60,088 bases of DNA, filler included, from Porpidia crustulata (GCA_964255105.1; 4 parts of 4 records of this genome joined end to end with filler, not necessarily neighbours in it), one strand, 5' to 3'; positions 12,696 through 23,220 are shown, counted from the first letter of the whole stretch. Notes: generated from the sequence alone by a model not told the origin. Translations and numbers: made by a program.

Positions 12696-14226
12696 TTACG
12701 AAGCATATCCAACTCTCCAATCCCATTCTTCCATACCCATCCACTCTTTGTCACGCCATTGGTCGCCCTTCTCTAAGCTCCGGATCTCTTCAGCGGCGAC
12801 GCCTCGGAACCCTCCACTCCATTCATTGGCGGCCCATATCCGGCTCACGACTGCCGCAAAAGGCACTAGGATTAGAACCGCTACATAACTCCATTGACCG
12901 ACAGCTACGAATTGCTCTTGCTCCAGGAGCGCCCTCTGTTGAACTCTAAATAGTATCTCGTTGCATAAGATGGCGCCACCGAATGCAACCACGCTGCTGA
13001 GTTGGGAGATGAGTTGAATCAACCGTAAGATTGTGATCTGGAAATGCTTTGTAGGATGAAGTTCAGCCGCTGACAATGAATTGGCTGTTATGGTATCATT
13101 GCCTCTGCCCCGGCTCTTATTGGCGATGTTTGTAGCATGTATATTTTATTCTTGCATTTCCGTATTGGCATCCATGATGATTAGCGATACGCAACAAACC
13201 ATACTCGCTTGCGTACCCACTTTGGAAGACGGCCCTGTTTCTCGGTGGTGAAAAAGGTGAGAAGGGCGAGGAAGGTGTAAGCCCACCAGAATATAATAAT
13301 AGCAATTCGTCGCTCTGATAGGCTCTTTGCGAAGGGATTCAGGTTGTCAGAGACAGAGACAATGATATTGTCACTACTGCGGCCGATATAAGCTGTTGTG
13401 GCAAAGCAGGAGTAGAGGCAGGCGGGAACGGAGCCATTCTCAAAGAATAAAGACGCTTACTGTGAAGCCGAGATGAGTGAGTGAAAAGAATCAGACCAGG
13501 CATCATCTAAAAGAGGTGCTTGGTAATTGGTTTTGGGAAGAGGTTCGACGTAATCCTTCGAGCATATCTGAAAGTGGAAATTGTTATCGAGGATTATTAA
13601 GGGCCAGAATGTGTGACCCACGGCCAGAAGCAGAAGCCAGAACATCAGAATGACTTTGCTTGCTGAATTTCTGAATGTAGTTGACCAAGCGGCTATAGGC
13701 AAAGCACCTAACATGACGATACTCATTATGATCATGATCATGATGATATCAGGATCTATGACACCAGCACATGCAGGAAATTGAGTGTCGGAGCCTGAAA
13801 TAGGTATCGTTTCGCAACGCGTCTTCGCCTGGTATAGATGCAATCTGCTATTGGTTGCAAAGAGGATGAGCGAATGAATAGCGACTATCCCAGAATGAGT
13901 ACAGAGGCTGCAGCACCTGCTGCGAGCCATCCATGATTACAGATCGTGATCGTAAAGATCAAAAGAAGATAACAGATGTATCTGGGCGTTCTCTGATACT
14001 GACTGCTAATAGGAAATGAACAGATAATAGGATTAATTGTAAGGTTTTTGATATCGTAAGTTTCGGGCTGCACGACTTTCTGATTCAAACCAGAATCGAC
14101 ATATAGGGTATTCAAGGTACTGAATATAATGAAGTAGGAGAATATAATGATATAAATAGCGTTGATTGCACTGTTCTTACGAAAATTTCGTTGGAAATAA
14201 AGCATGCAGCGAGGTACAAAAGCCAT
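12696..14226 (-). pseudogene. Disrupted gene for a multi-pass fungal membrane protein of unknown function
   Basis: Protein-like text continues across frames: CSFPISSQYQRTPRYICYLL..WLAAGAAASVL / HSGIVAIHSLILF...LISASQ* / ENGSVPACLYSCFATTAYIGR...FVAYR* / ...EQFVAVGQWSYVAVLILV. Frameshifts at ~13900, ~13445 and ~13130; TAA stops at 13457-13459 and 13181-13183. Confidence 0.7.
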
Positions 14227-14593
14227 TGTTTATCTGGTACTGGGGAACGAAATGCCCACAAATAAAGGCTCAATTGGGTGGCCGTAAGAGTGTTTCGTCC
14301 TGACTTTAGGATTGGGAGAATGGTCTGGCATAAGAAAGCATACTTCTTTCGAGCGGCCTTCCCCAGTTATCAAACAAGCACCAGCCTTTAGCCTACTGGG
14401 GAGCTCCAAGATCCAAATGTGCGTAATGGGCGAATAGTAGCAAGGGCGTCCGCAGCCTGATCGGACTGAATTGGTACATGGAAGTATTTATACCCCACAA
14501 ATGGTTAGACCCGTCAAGTGGTCAACTAGGCTCAAACTATGAGAAATAGCCCTAACCCTAGGCCAGCCGACCATTTGAGGGGCATACACGAGT

Positions 14594-14605
14594 ACGCGTA
14601 ACGCG
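14594..14605. promoter_or_regulatory. Tandem MCB elements (ACGCGT, ACGCG) upstream of SLD2
   Basis: gtACGCGTaACGCGac about 55-65 bp upstream of the ATG at 14659. Confidence 0.65.
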
Positions 14606-14658
14606 ACTGGGGAAAACTAAATGTTGATATCAGTAGGAGCATAGGCTTCTATTCGAAC

Positions 14659-14962
14659 ATGTCAATCCCGGAGAGTCCTTCCAAGACAACCTCTGCGGAT
14701 CAATCCCAAGCTCTCCGAGTTGAGCTCAAAGAATGGGAAAGATCTTTCGCCGCGGCAAATGGAGGGCGCCGAGCTGCACGAGAAGACATCAAGCAACATC
14801 CAGACATAGGTCAGAGTGCATCCAGACCAACATTGACTCTGCCACCATCACTGATTTCAGGCAGCGAGGAAATACAAGTCGTACGACAAACTCCGATCCG
14901 TCCTCACCCAGCCGCAAATCTGTAACCAAGCGCATCCTTCTTCTTCTCCACGGCCTTCCAAG
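14659..14962 (+). CDS. SLD2: DNA replication regulator Sld2/Drc1, N-terminal part only (cut by contig end)
   Basis: LRVELKEWERSFAAANGGRRAAREDIKQHPDI, then an intron (gtcaga...tttcag) and AARKYKSYDKLR. This is the Sld2/RecQ4-N motif. Confidence 0.85.
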
Positions 14963-15062
14963 NNNNNNNNNNNNNNNNNNNNNNNNNNNNNNNNNNNNNN
15001 NNNNNNTTAATTAATTAANNNNNNNNNNNNNNNNNNNNNNNNNNNNNNNNNNNNNNNNNNNN
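14963..15062. other. Artificial contig-joining spacer N44-TTAATTAATTAA-N44
   Basis: 100-nt spacer whose core gives stop codons in all six frames; genes on both sides are truncated. Confidence 0.97.
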
Positions 15063-16050
15063 TACAAGGAGTGCCATCCGAACAGAATCCACAGGAGTCG
15101 TCTGGCATAGTTGGCGCGGGCATCGAGGAGGTTGATGCGGCGGCTGTGAGGGTTGGGGGTGGGCGAGTGGAGGGTCGAGTTGTAAAGTCGATTTCTGTGG
15201 CTTCGGTTTCGGCCTCAGTCTCTCCATTCGATGTGTAACGCGAGCGCTTACTATCAGATGCGGAGGAAGGAGAGTGAGATCGCTTGTATGAGATAGGGGA
15301 ACTTTCGGGCGGGATAATACTCGTCTCGAAGGCTTGAGCGATACATTCGCAATGGGAGTCTTTGGTGCACTTGCCACATGACATACTTGACAAGGCTTCG
15401 ATACATTCGCATCGAGTGTCTTTGCTACATTTTCCGCAGCCTATGGAAACATCTTCCAGGAAGGTTTCGGATGAAAGCAGATTTGCTTGATTTTTCATGT
15501 TCTTGTCCAGAGGGGTTTTCTTGATTTTTCGGGGTGGTAGAGGCACAGCGTCAGTGCTATTTATTCGAGCATTATTCAAGAGATTCAGCTCATTCTCGGC
15601 GTTTTTTCGTAGGATTTGTTCTTCGCTGAAAGCCGTCTCGAGTTTCTGGTACCTGTCTCGCCACGACACCAGAAGGTGATTGTAATTGTCGACATCAGCT
15701 TCAAGCTGATTGATGCGGCTTCGGAGTTCCTCCTGCTCCTTCTCGTCCTCCTCCTCCATTTGCTTCATCTGCTCCTCTAATTCTCCCACCCTTGCAGCTC
15801 TTCTCTCCCTAAATGCTCGCTGCGCCGCTCTATTCTGGGCCTTCCTTTTTGTTGGAGGAGTGTCTGCGGCAGGCTTACGCCCAGGCTTTGGACGCGGGGG
15901 AATGATCCATTCTTTGTTGGTAAAGATTGAGGGAGTTGATAGAGTACCTGGCATCGGTGCCAGAGGCTGATTCATTGTGGATGGGGCTGCTGGGTGGAGA
16001 GTTTGCGGAGAAGCGGCGGATAATGGAGATGCGATGCTTGAGGGTGACAT
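15063..16050 (-). CDS. hapX: Iron-responsive bZIP transcription factor HapX (C-terminus cut by contig end)
   Basis: Hap4-like motif NKEWIIPPRPKPGRKP, bZIP basic region KRKAQNRAAQRAFRERR, Cys-rich regions CGKCSKDTRCECI and CGKCTKDSHCECI, and CGFCSDGTPC (CRR-B type). Confidence 0.93.
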
Positions 16051-16196
16051 CTTGGCAGAACAAAATATATCAGCTTTGCATTCTGATGTATTATTTATGA
16101 CGCAGTGATGCTTGTGATTTCATTGAGCATGGAGTTACGGTGAAGGATTTGACGTTATAGACTGCGAGGCGTCGTCACAGGTAGTCGAGATCTACG

Positions 16197-16285
16197 ATCT
16201 GATAAAGGCGATAAGATGTGGTTAGCGGCAAAACCATCATCGGGCATAAGGCATAAGGTAGCTCCGGTCTTGATTTATCTAGATA
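16197..16285. promoter_or_regulatory. SreA/GATA iron-repression sites upstream of hapX
   Basis: Exact ATCWGATAA consensus (ATCTGATAA, 16197-16205), GATAAG at 16210 and inverted double GATA TTATCTAGATA at 16275-16285. Confidence 0.75.
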
Positions 16286-16540
16286 CTCATAGAGCATACG
16301 AGAAAGCTGATCATCCTTTCGATTGATATGGATGTCTATCAAAGCTGGTCAACTTATTATATGCTTCCATATCCGCCTGTTGGCTTTTTCCGAATTGGCA
16401 TACCGCCTAGAAGTTTACAAGTATGCTGACATGTCGATTCTTTCATCGAATACAGGCGACAGTGACATACAAATAATGCAACGGCTGATTTGCACGCCGA
16501 CAAAATGATTGATCCATTTGAAATCCTTACAAGACAAGCT

Positions 16541-17227
16541 CTACCAAGCAGACCCAGAGGCCCGATCCCACACCAAGAACTCGAAATACAAAAGAACTCC
16601 CGTCTCAGCAACCCCAGTCGCCTCGAACCTGATCTCTGTGGGCCCATAATGCCGCACCAGCGCCAGATAGTTGGTTGTTATGACCATGAATCTATCTCGA
16701 GTGAGACGCTGCGAGCTCGACCCATCCCGCACGTCCGCCAAGAAGATCCAGCCAAGTTGTCCGAGGTGAAAGTAACGGCGTCCGGGGATGTAGAACTCGG
16801 CAGGTTGATAAATGACCTCGTCGATTATTCCCTCCAGCAGTTCGACAAGCTCCATCTTCGACCTCCAGTCGCGGGTACGGCCTTGACGATGAAACCATAA
16901 CGTTCGTACCTCACCCGGGGTGGAAGACTCGATGTTGTAGACCCAGGGGTGATCGTTTGAGGACGGTGGCCATGTCGTTAGACTACATGAAGAAAGGAAT
17001 TAGTTAAAGGGTGGATGTAGGATCGGGGGGCGATGGGGGAAGTTTGACTTTGAATTTGGAGACTTATTCAATCCGGACGGTGGTGTCGATAACAAGGCGG
17101 CTAGGCTCGAAAGGTTTGAGCTGTGCCCCACAGCCCCAGAGCCTAACGACGGCGCGATTGAGGCGGAGAAAACAAGAGTGAATATTGACAGAAAGCAAAG
17201 GACGATATTTTTCTCAGCATCGTTCAT
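16541..17227 (-). CDS. Probable small secreted protein (~200 aa), 2 exons (17227 to ~17064 and 16982-16541); donor site uncertain
   Basis: Signal-peptide-like IVLCFLSIFTLVFSASIAP; branch point ctaat and acceptor catgtag; exon 2 open through LTTWPPSSNDHPWVYNIES...LVRHYGPTEIRFE...LYFEFLVWDRASGSAW*. Confidence 0.55.
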
Positions 17228-18228
17228 ATCATGGCGTGTTTATTACACAGTGCATTTGTAGGAAACACAAAAAAAAAAGCCCACACGATCCACGACTACA
17301 CGTTGGAAAGCCGACAGGCTCGCCCTTATCCGCCGCCAGATTCGCTTCTGAAACTTTGAAGGAAAAGTCAAGATCACAAAGCTGAAAAGAGGACCAAACA
17401 AAAGCGGTCGAATGAACTATTCGACGTTGAGCCGCTGGTCCTATAGCCATCACCGATTTGATGAAATTCCAACTATCCATATCAGGACGACCAAAGGAAG
17501 AGATTGAAATCCCCAACTTGTGCAACCTACTGTGCTCTGCATGTTTACATCCCTCCTTCTTCCGGTTCAAGGAGGCTTGGCCCGACAAGGGAAGCCATTT
17601 CAGAAAGTCGTGCGGGGGAGACCCCAGGCGTAATTTCACAGATGTTTCTTTTACGGGGCGTGCATCGATTCCGGAAACGGGGTACAAGACAGGAATGGAC
17701 ATGGGAGCGAATAAGCATGGAGGAAGGATTGGAAAATGGGAGCGATGAAGATTGCGTCGGACGTTCCTTTTTGGCGTGTAGGGAAAGAAGGTGTTTTGCT
17801 CTAAAAGTACCTTCTGCCAAAAAGGAGCGATCAATCCGACCGGTGTTTTTCCCGACACCCATTGACCAGTGTCTTACATGTGGACAGCAACATCTGTTGT
17901 TGCCCCGACAGGACGGTTTCCTTGCTGAGCACTCGGACCGACCGCAAGAAAAGGTGCAGGGTGCAGATCCGGAAACGAGATCGCAAATACCTCAATGGAG
18001 ATTTTCGACACTTGGCTGAGTTCATGGCTGACATAGTTATGACGTAAGGACTTTTCAAGTTCAACACATGGGTTCAAGCATTGTGATACTACGCTCATAC
18101 GAGATGTTTGATTAGGAGAAGTTCTCGTGATAGGTTTAGAAGGCAACTTCCATCTTGAGGATTTTGCTATGAGTTCCTGGCCATCCCAACGCAGATCGCT
18201 CCGCGTTACACCGCCACCATAGATTTGT

Positions 18229-19003
18229 CTAGAACTGCGTCCCAACATGGATGCCTCCATCAGCAAGGATATTCGCCCCCGTCACGAACGAACTTAATGG
18301 ACTCGCCAGAAACAGTGCTATATTTGCAATCTCTTGTGGATCTCCTAGCCTCTTCAGGGGAATCTTTAGTCTCTGTTCTTCCACCCACTCGGGTGCTATC
18401 TTCATGTAAAGTTCCCATGGCCCGTCTTTGGCCAGAATCGGCCCTGGAGATATGGCATTGACGCGGATCCCCTTTGGGCCCAGGAAATGAGACAGTTCCT
18501 GGACGTGTTGCAGCTGGGCCGCCTTGCAGGCGCCATAAGGAGCTGGTGGAGAACGATAAAACTCCCGCCCCATGAAGGAGCTCTGAACGAGGACTGAAGG
18601 ACTGGGAGATTTCTCGAGGACTGGGAGCGCGGCCTCGACCAAGTTCACGAAACCCATAACGTCGATGTTGAAGCTATTCTGCCAGAGCTCTGGTTTGCTC
18701 TCCAAATCCATTTGGGAAGCTAGTAGGGACAACATTAATCAGCAATCAATATTGGCCTCTGGGTGGCTTCGAGGAAGGTAGAAATACCGTTTGCGATCAG
18801 GATATTGATCCGGCCGAACCGAGTCCCTGCTTGCTCGACCCACTTCATAATATTCTCTCTGGGGCTGATATCAACAGAAGTACCAAAGGCACGAGCACTG
18901 TTCGACGGCTCAAGTGTACTGTGCAGCTCGGCGAAATCGTCCTCTTTGACATTCCGTGCACAGTACGAGACATTTATACCCTCCTTGACGACCGCTTCTG
19001 CTC
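18229..19003 (-). pseudogene. Short-chain dehydrogenase/reductase lacking its start codon and N-terminal TGxxxGxG strand; intron 18787-18720
   Basis: EAVVKEGINVSYCARNV...FGRINILIAN|ASQMD...YGACK (YxxxK)...GIRVNAISPGPI...IPLKRLGDPQEIANIALFLASPLSSFVTGANILADGG. Upstream the frame reaches a stop (~19038) with no ATG and no glycine motif. Confidence 0.85.
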
Positions 19004-20926
19004 CAAAACACGATCTTGCACGTAGAATTTGGAGCCGTCAGCCTTGCGCTCATGCCTCGAGAAGGCGGTAAGGATTTCAAAGGTCGCTTTCATGGTGTTA
19101 TCCCTTAGATATTCGAGTTCTTCGCGGTAGAGGAGATCCTCGTCTACCCTTCGACACCCAAAGAAAAGTTTCATTGTTCCGATTTCCAGACCCATGCTAC
19201 CAAGTCGGGCTCGTTCTTGGATAAAGCCCCGAAATGGAGCCAAACCAACGCCAGCTGCAACCATGATGATTGGACACGTAGACGCGAGCGGCAACTTGAA
19301 TTTGGATTTCCTGACTTGAGCAAATACCTTGCCGCCTCGACAGATTTGATTGGGACCATCGAGGGCATATGTCAAGCCTTGAGATTCAGATTGTATTCGA
19401 CTTCCATCGCTCATGACCAGGGACCTTTGTAGAGCAAGGAAAAAGTTTGTTGCCAGACCCAATGCATGCCCTTGAGTATCCAACTGGATTTGTCAGTTGA
19501 ATACGGCTACGGTGATTGCGAGTCGCCTTGGCTGCACCACGGATGATGAACAGATCGAATAAAGTCGACAAGAAAGCGGAGGAAGAGTTTCAAACAGCCA
19601 GTGTAAAGGAAGATCTTTCCAAACAACGCCATGACCAGCTGCAACCTCTAGAAGTTGACCTAAGGTCAAGTTCCTAGTATGGAATCTAGCACATGCATCC
19701 TTATCCCTTCCTAATTCGCCGAGGAAGGACTTTGTAGATTGATTAGGTGCAAAGCGTACCAGGGACTGTATCGTGTCTCTTGAGACGGGAGCGCATATAG
19801 AAAGATAATGGCGGAAAATAGCTATAAGGGAGCTCGGTGAAGGGATAGATACTTCGGAGGGTTCGATTTCCTGAATCGTAATTGACATTTCTTTTCTATC
19901 TGTCCTGTTTAAAACACGTAACAGTCTTTCCACCTCAACGTCTGGATTCATGGGCCAGACAGCAAGATGGTCACCAGTCTTGTACTTGATCGCGTGATGA
20001 GTTGACAGGTCAATTTCCATTTGTAGGCAGGGTCGAGATGAAGTAGGACAGATATCTCGACTTGCTATTACCGGCAGTGCTTGGACAGATGAGTTGAGGT
20101 TGCCACCTTCAGCCTTCTTTCAAGCCTGGACGGGCTCGCCCAGATATGTGACACCCATCGACTCATCTTCAACGACAGCAATCGTAGGCTCGTACGTTGA
20201 TGCCCTTTCCTCGTAACCAAGAGTATCCCGAAAGGTAAGGAAGAGTTGCTTCTTCCATGCGAGGAAGTCTTCTTCGGTCGTGCCTTTCGAGTCATCAGCA
20301 CGTCCGACTGGCAGGAGGAGCTCTGCGCCTGCCTCATCGAGAGCTTGAGTAACGACGTCAATGACTCGATTGTAGTATCTATAGTTACTATTCCCTAGCC
20401 CGAACGCAGCATACTGTAAATTTTTCAACGAAACCTCCGACGCCCGAATCCATCGTCAAAATTCCGCAGCATTGTCGCTAGGATCCCCTTCCCCATATGT
20501 TGAAAGTAAGAAAATCGCTTTCCTAGGCGACGAAATCGATGCAATCGTCCCAGGATCGAAATCCGAAAGGTCTGCAGCTAATGTGCTGATACCAAAGCGG
20601 ACCTGGAGATCTCTTGCAAGACGACTGGCGAAGCCTTCCGCAGTGCCTGATTGTGATCCCCAGAAAATTACGATGTCCTTGTTTGCCTCTTCTAGCCTTT
20701 GTGCAATATTCCTGTTTTGTTCGGTGATTTTTCGTAATCCAGCCGTCTTTTCTTGAGGTCGCTCGAACCATAAATGATTATATGGATCTGGCTTGTCCCA
20801 GACAACTCCTCTTAGAAGCAATATGACGAGCCCTAAAAGCACTGCAATGGTCCCAGCAATGTCATCGACATACTGTAGCTGCAGCAGTCGCCGCGTATCA
20901 CCAGGGAAGAAGGCTTTTGCTGACAT
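18974..20926 (-). pseudogene. NADPH-cytochrome P450 reductase paralog with three in-frame TGA codons and a missing C-terminus
   Basis: N-terminal TM anchor; FMN motifs WGSQSGTAEGFA, STYGEGDPSDNA and FGLGNSNY; YKTGDHLAVWP; RLYSICSS; IIMVAAGVGLAPFRGF; LFFGCR; YVQDR. One frame throughout, with TGA at 20456-20458, 20120-20122 and 19493-19495. The terminal YICG...DVW segment is absent. Confidence 0.9.
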
Positions 20927-21183
20927 TGAGGTGCCCCTAATATACACACTAAGATAGACTGAAATATTCGCGATGTGAAGAAATAATACTCCCTCGAGAG
21001 ATTATGAGTACAAAACCTAAGGAGATGGCTTGCTTCGGTACATTGGTGAGGATTGTTGCGGTCTATAAGAATGTTTTTCGGTGGCCCTCTATCTTCTCTT
21101 AATGTCTACCTCTCCTTAAGAAATCTCATAAGCGGTAACACGGCATGATAGTCCTTAAATGGAGAAATAGGCGGCTTTGATAG

Positions 21184-23220
21184 ATGGAGTACGCGCTAGA
21201 CCAATCGCTGCAAAGAAACGAGCCGTCGAGTCTGTCTTGCGGGAATGATTCCGTGTCAAGATTATCCACAGCTTTTTACAAGGAGAGATTGAATTCGTTC
21301 TTGGCCATAGTCCTCCAGCGACCCTTATCAGAGGATCTATTGAGACCCCGGCGTGAGAAGCTCTTATCCCATTTTAGTAGTGAGCCATACGCGGTTCAAT
21401 GACTATCGCATCAGGGCCCAACCTCGGAATTGTCTCGGACACAGCAGGAGTATTTCTTGGGCCTATATTGGCAGCACTACCATCGAACTATGCCAATCTT
21501 GAACGAAAAACAAGTCAAAGAGCAATACGAATCCTTTTGGTCCGAACCCTCCATTGGCGATGGCGGGAGACGGTTTGCTGCTCTTGCTGACATCATTCTG
21601 GCCGTTGCTGTGCAACTTGGCACCAGTTTTGTCCCTCGAGATGCTTGCGTTCATCAGACTACGAGAGTTGTTGATACCCAAGACGCAAGTATTGCAGGGT
21701 TACCATACTTTCGACGATGTCAGATCGCCGTCGCTGACGATCTGGAAGAACCGTCTCTTACGACCCTTCAGTGCTATATTTTAAGCGTGGTATATCTCAA
21801 TAATGCTTCTTTTCCAAATACAGCATATCAGCTTCTGGGCTTAGCCATCAGAATTTCGTATAGTCTCGGGCTTCATAAGCGACCGCTTGACGCAACTCCG
21901 AGAGCCGAGCAAGAGCTGCAAAGACGGATCTGGGGGTTTTTATGCTCTCTAGACTTCAATCACATGATGGAATTCGGAGGTCCCTCTGCTATGCAAATTA
22001 TCGGAGATATGGAGTATCCAGACGATTGTGAAGAGATAGCGAAGCTTTCCGGGATCAATACTTTTTGTCCTGTGCATGATATTACATGTCTAAGCTTCTT
22101 CAATCAGTCAAGCAAGCTTTATGACGCAGCACGGAAGATATACACAACATTTCACGCAAAGATAAGTGAACTAGATATTTCTGGTGCCACATGCGAAGTA
22201 CACAAGCGCGCAAAGATCCTTGAGTTATGCGCAGGGTTGTTTCTTGAGTGTCTGAACCCTCTTCAGACATGGACTGAACATCTTCCTGCGGGTTTACAGA
22301 TGCGTCGAAAACGTAATGGGAAACCCCTATCGCTAGATCGGATACCCGTGGACGTAGACCCTGATCTGCCATTTTGGCTCCAAAGACAACGACTTTTTCT
22401 CGAGCTCTTCTATCATAAGATCCTTATGGATCTGTGTAGGTATTTCATTGAGTTCTCACCTTCAACAGAGACAAACACACCGTTCACAGAAACCCACGCA
22501 GCCTCGTGTGTCAATCACGCCATCACCATGACCAGCATCATCCACCAAGTCTTGACAGAAACAGACGTGATCAATGGATGGTATGGCGCTTACTACCTTC
22601 AATGGGATGCAACTCTCTCAATACTTGGTTTTGCCTTTGCTCACCCACTCAATCCCTCGACACCCAAAACCTTCGAGATGTTGGACGTCGCCATTCTGAC
22701 CTTTGATATATTTGGCGCGAAATTCAGCGCAGCCACCGTTGCCGCGGATCTCACCCGCGAACTCAAATCCAGCGCCATCCAGCTCAGCGAGCGAAACGCC
22801 AGTGGCAGACTCATAACAGCCTCCTCCACCAGCACCGTCCCCGGCCTTGCATCACCAAGCCTCTCTCTCCATGCTCGCCGCAGTACCGCGAGCTCCAACT
22901 ACAGAAATCACCAAAGTCAATCCGATGCGTCGCGCAAAACACCGCATTCAACATTCTCGGCGTTCGAAGACGATTTAACGCCTGTAATACCGAGCGTACC
23001 CGGAACCTCGAGCGTCCCGGCATCAGCCCAGGCCGATCAATTCCTGCTGAGCATCAACGCCTTGGACTCCCAATGGTCGACCATGAACGACCCTAACCCA
23101 GCAGCGTGGGGGTTCATAAACCAACTCGAATTCACAAATGGCGGTGACACCGGCATACTCGGTTTCCACGCCCAGCAAAGGACCGGGAGCGAGAGCGAGG
23201 ATATGGTGCTGGTAGAGTAG
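21184..23220 (+). pseudogene. Fungal-specific transcription factor (Fungal_trans/middle homology region) with an in-frame TGA at 21400-21402 and no Zn2Cys6 domain
   Basis: LSRTQQEYFLGLYWQHYH..P, TTLQCYILSVVYLNNASFPNTAYQLLGLAIRISYSLGLH and RRIWGFLCSLD. ORF 21184-21402 is in frame with ORF 21430-23220; no Cys cluster upstream. Confidence 0.75.

Noticed and set aside
13440..13460. GTAAGC as an intron donor that would remove the stop in the membrane-protein pseudogene
   Set aside because: The nearest AG gives only ~21 nt, is not YAG and does not restore the frame.
14548..14562. CCCTAACCCTAG telomere-like sequence
   Set aside because: Only about two units and internal; at most a promoter motif, not a telomere.
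15007..15018. TTAATTAATTAA palindromic repeat occurring three times, as a biological element or piggyBac-type TTAA site
   Set aside because: It is always centred in 44+44 Ns, so it is a synthetic six-frame stop linker.
17229..18200. Overlapping 100-209 aa ORFs on both strands
   Set aside because: No recognisable motifs, mostly non-ATG starts and no consistent exon structure.
18995..19015. Programmed -1 ribosomal frameshift joining CPR to SDR
   Set aside because: No canonical X XXY YYZ slippery heptamer (GTGTTTTGGAG), upstream stops would block ribosomes, and both domains lack essential parts.
18974..21402. Genome-wide TGA reassignment or selenocysteine insertion as the explanation for the in-frame TGAs
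   Set aside because: Conserved genes in the window (RRP6, the E2, MNN10) end in TGA and have no internal TGA. The CPR stops are not at catalytic Cys positions, and the same genes carry deletions.
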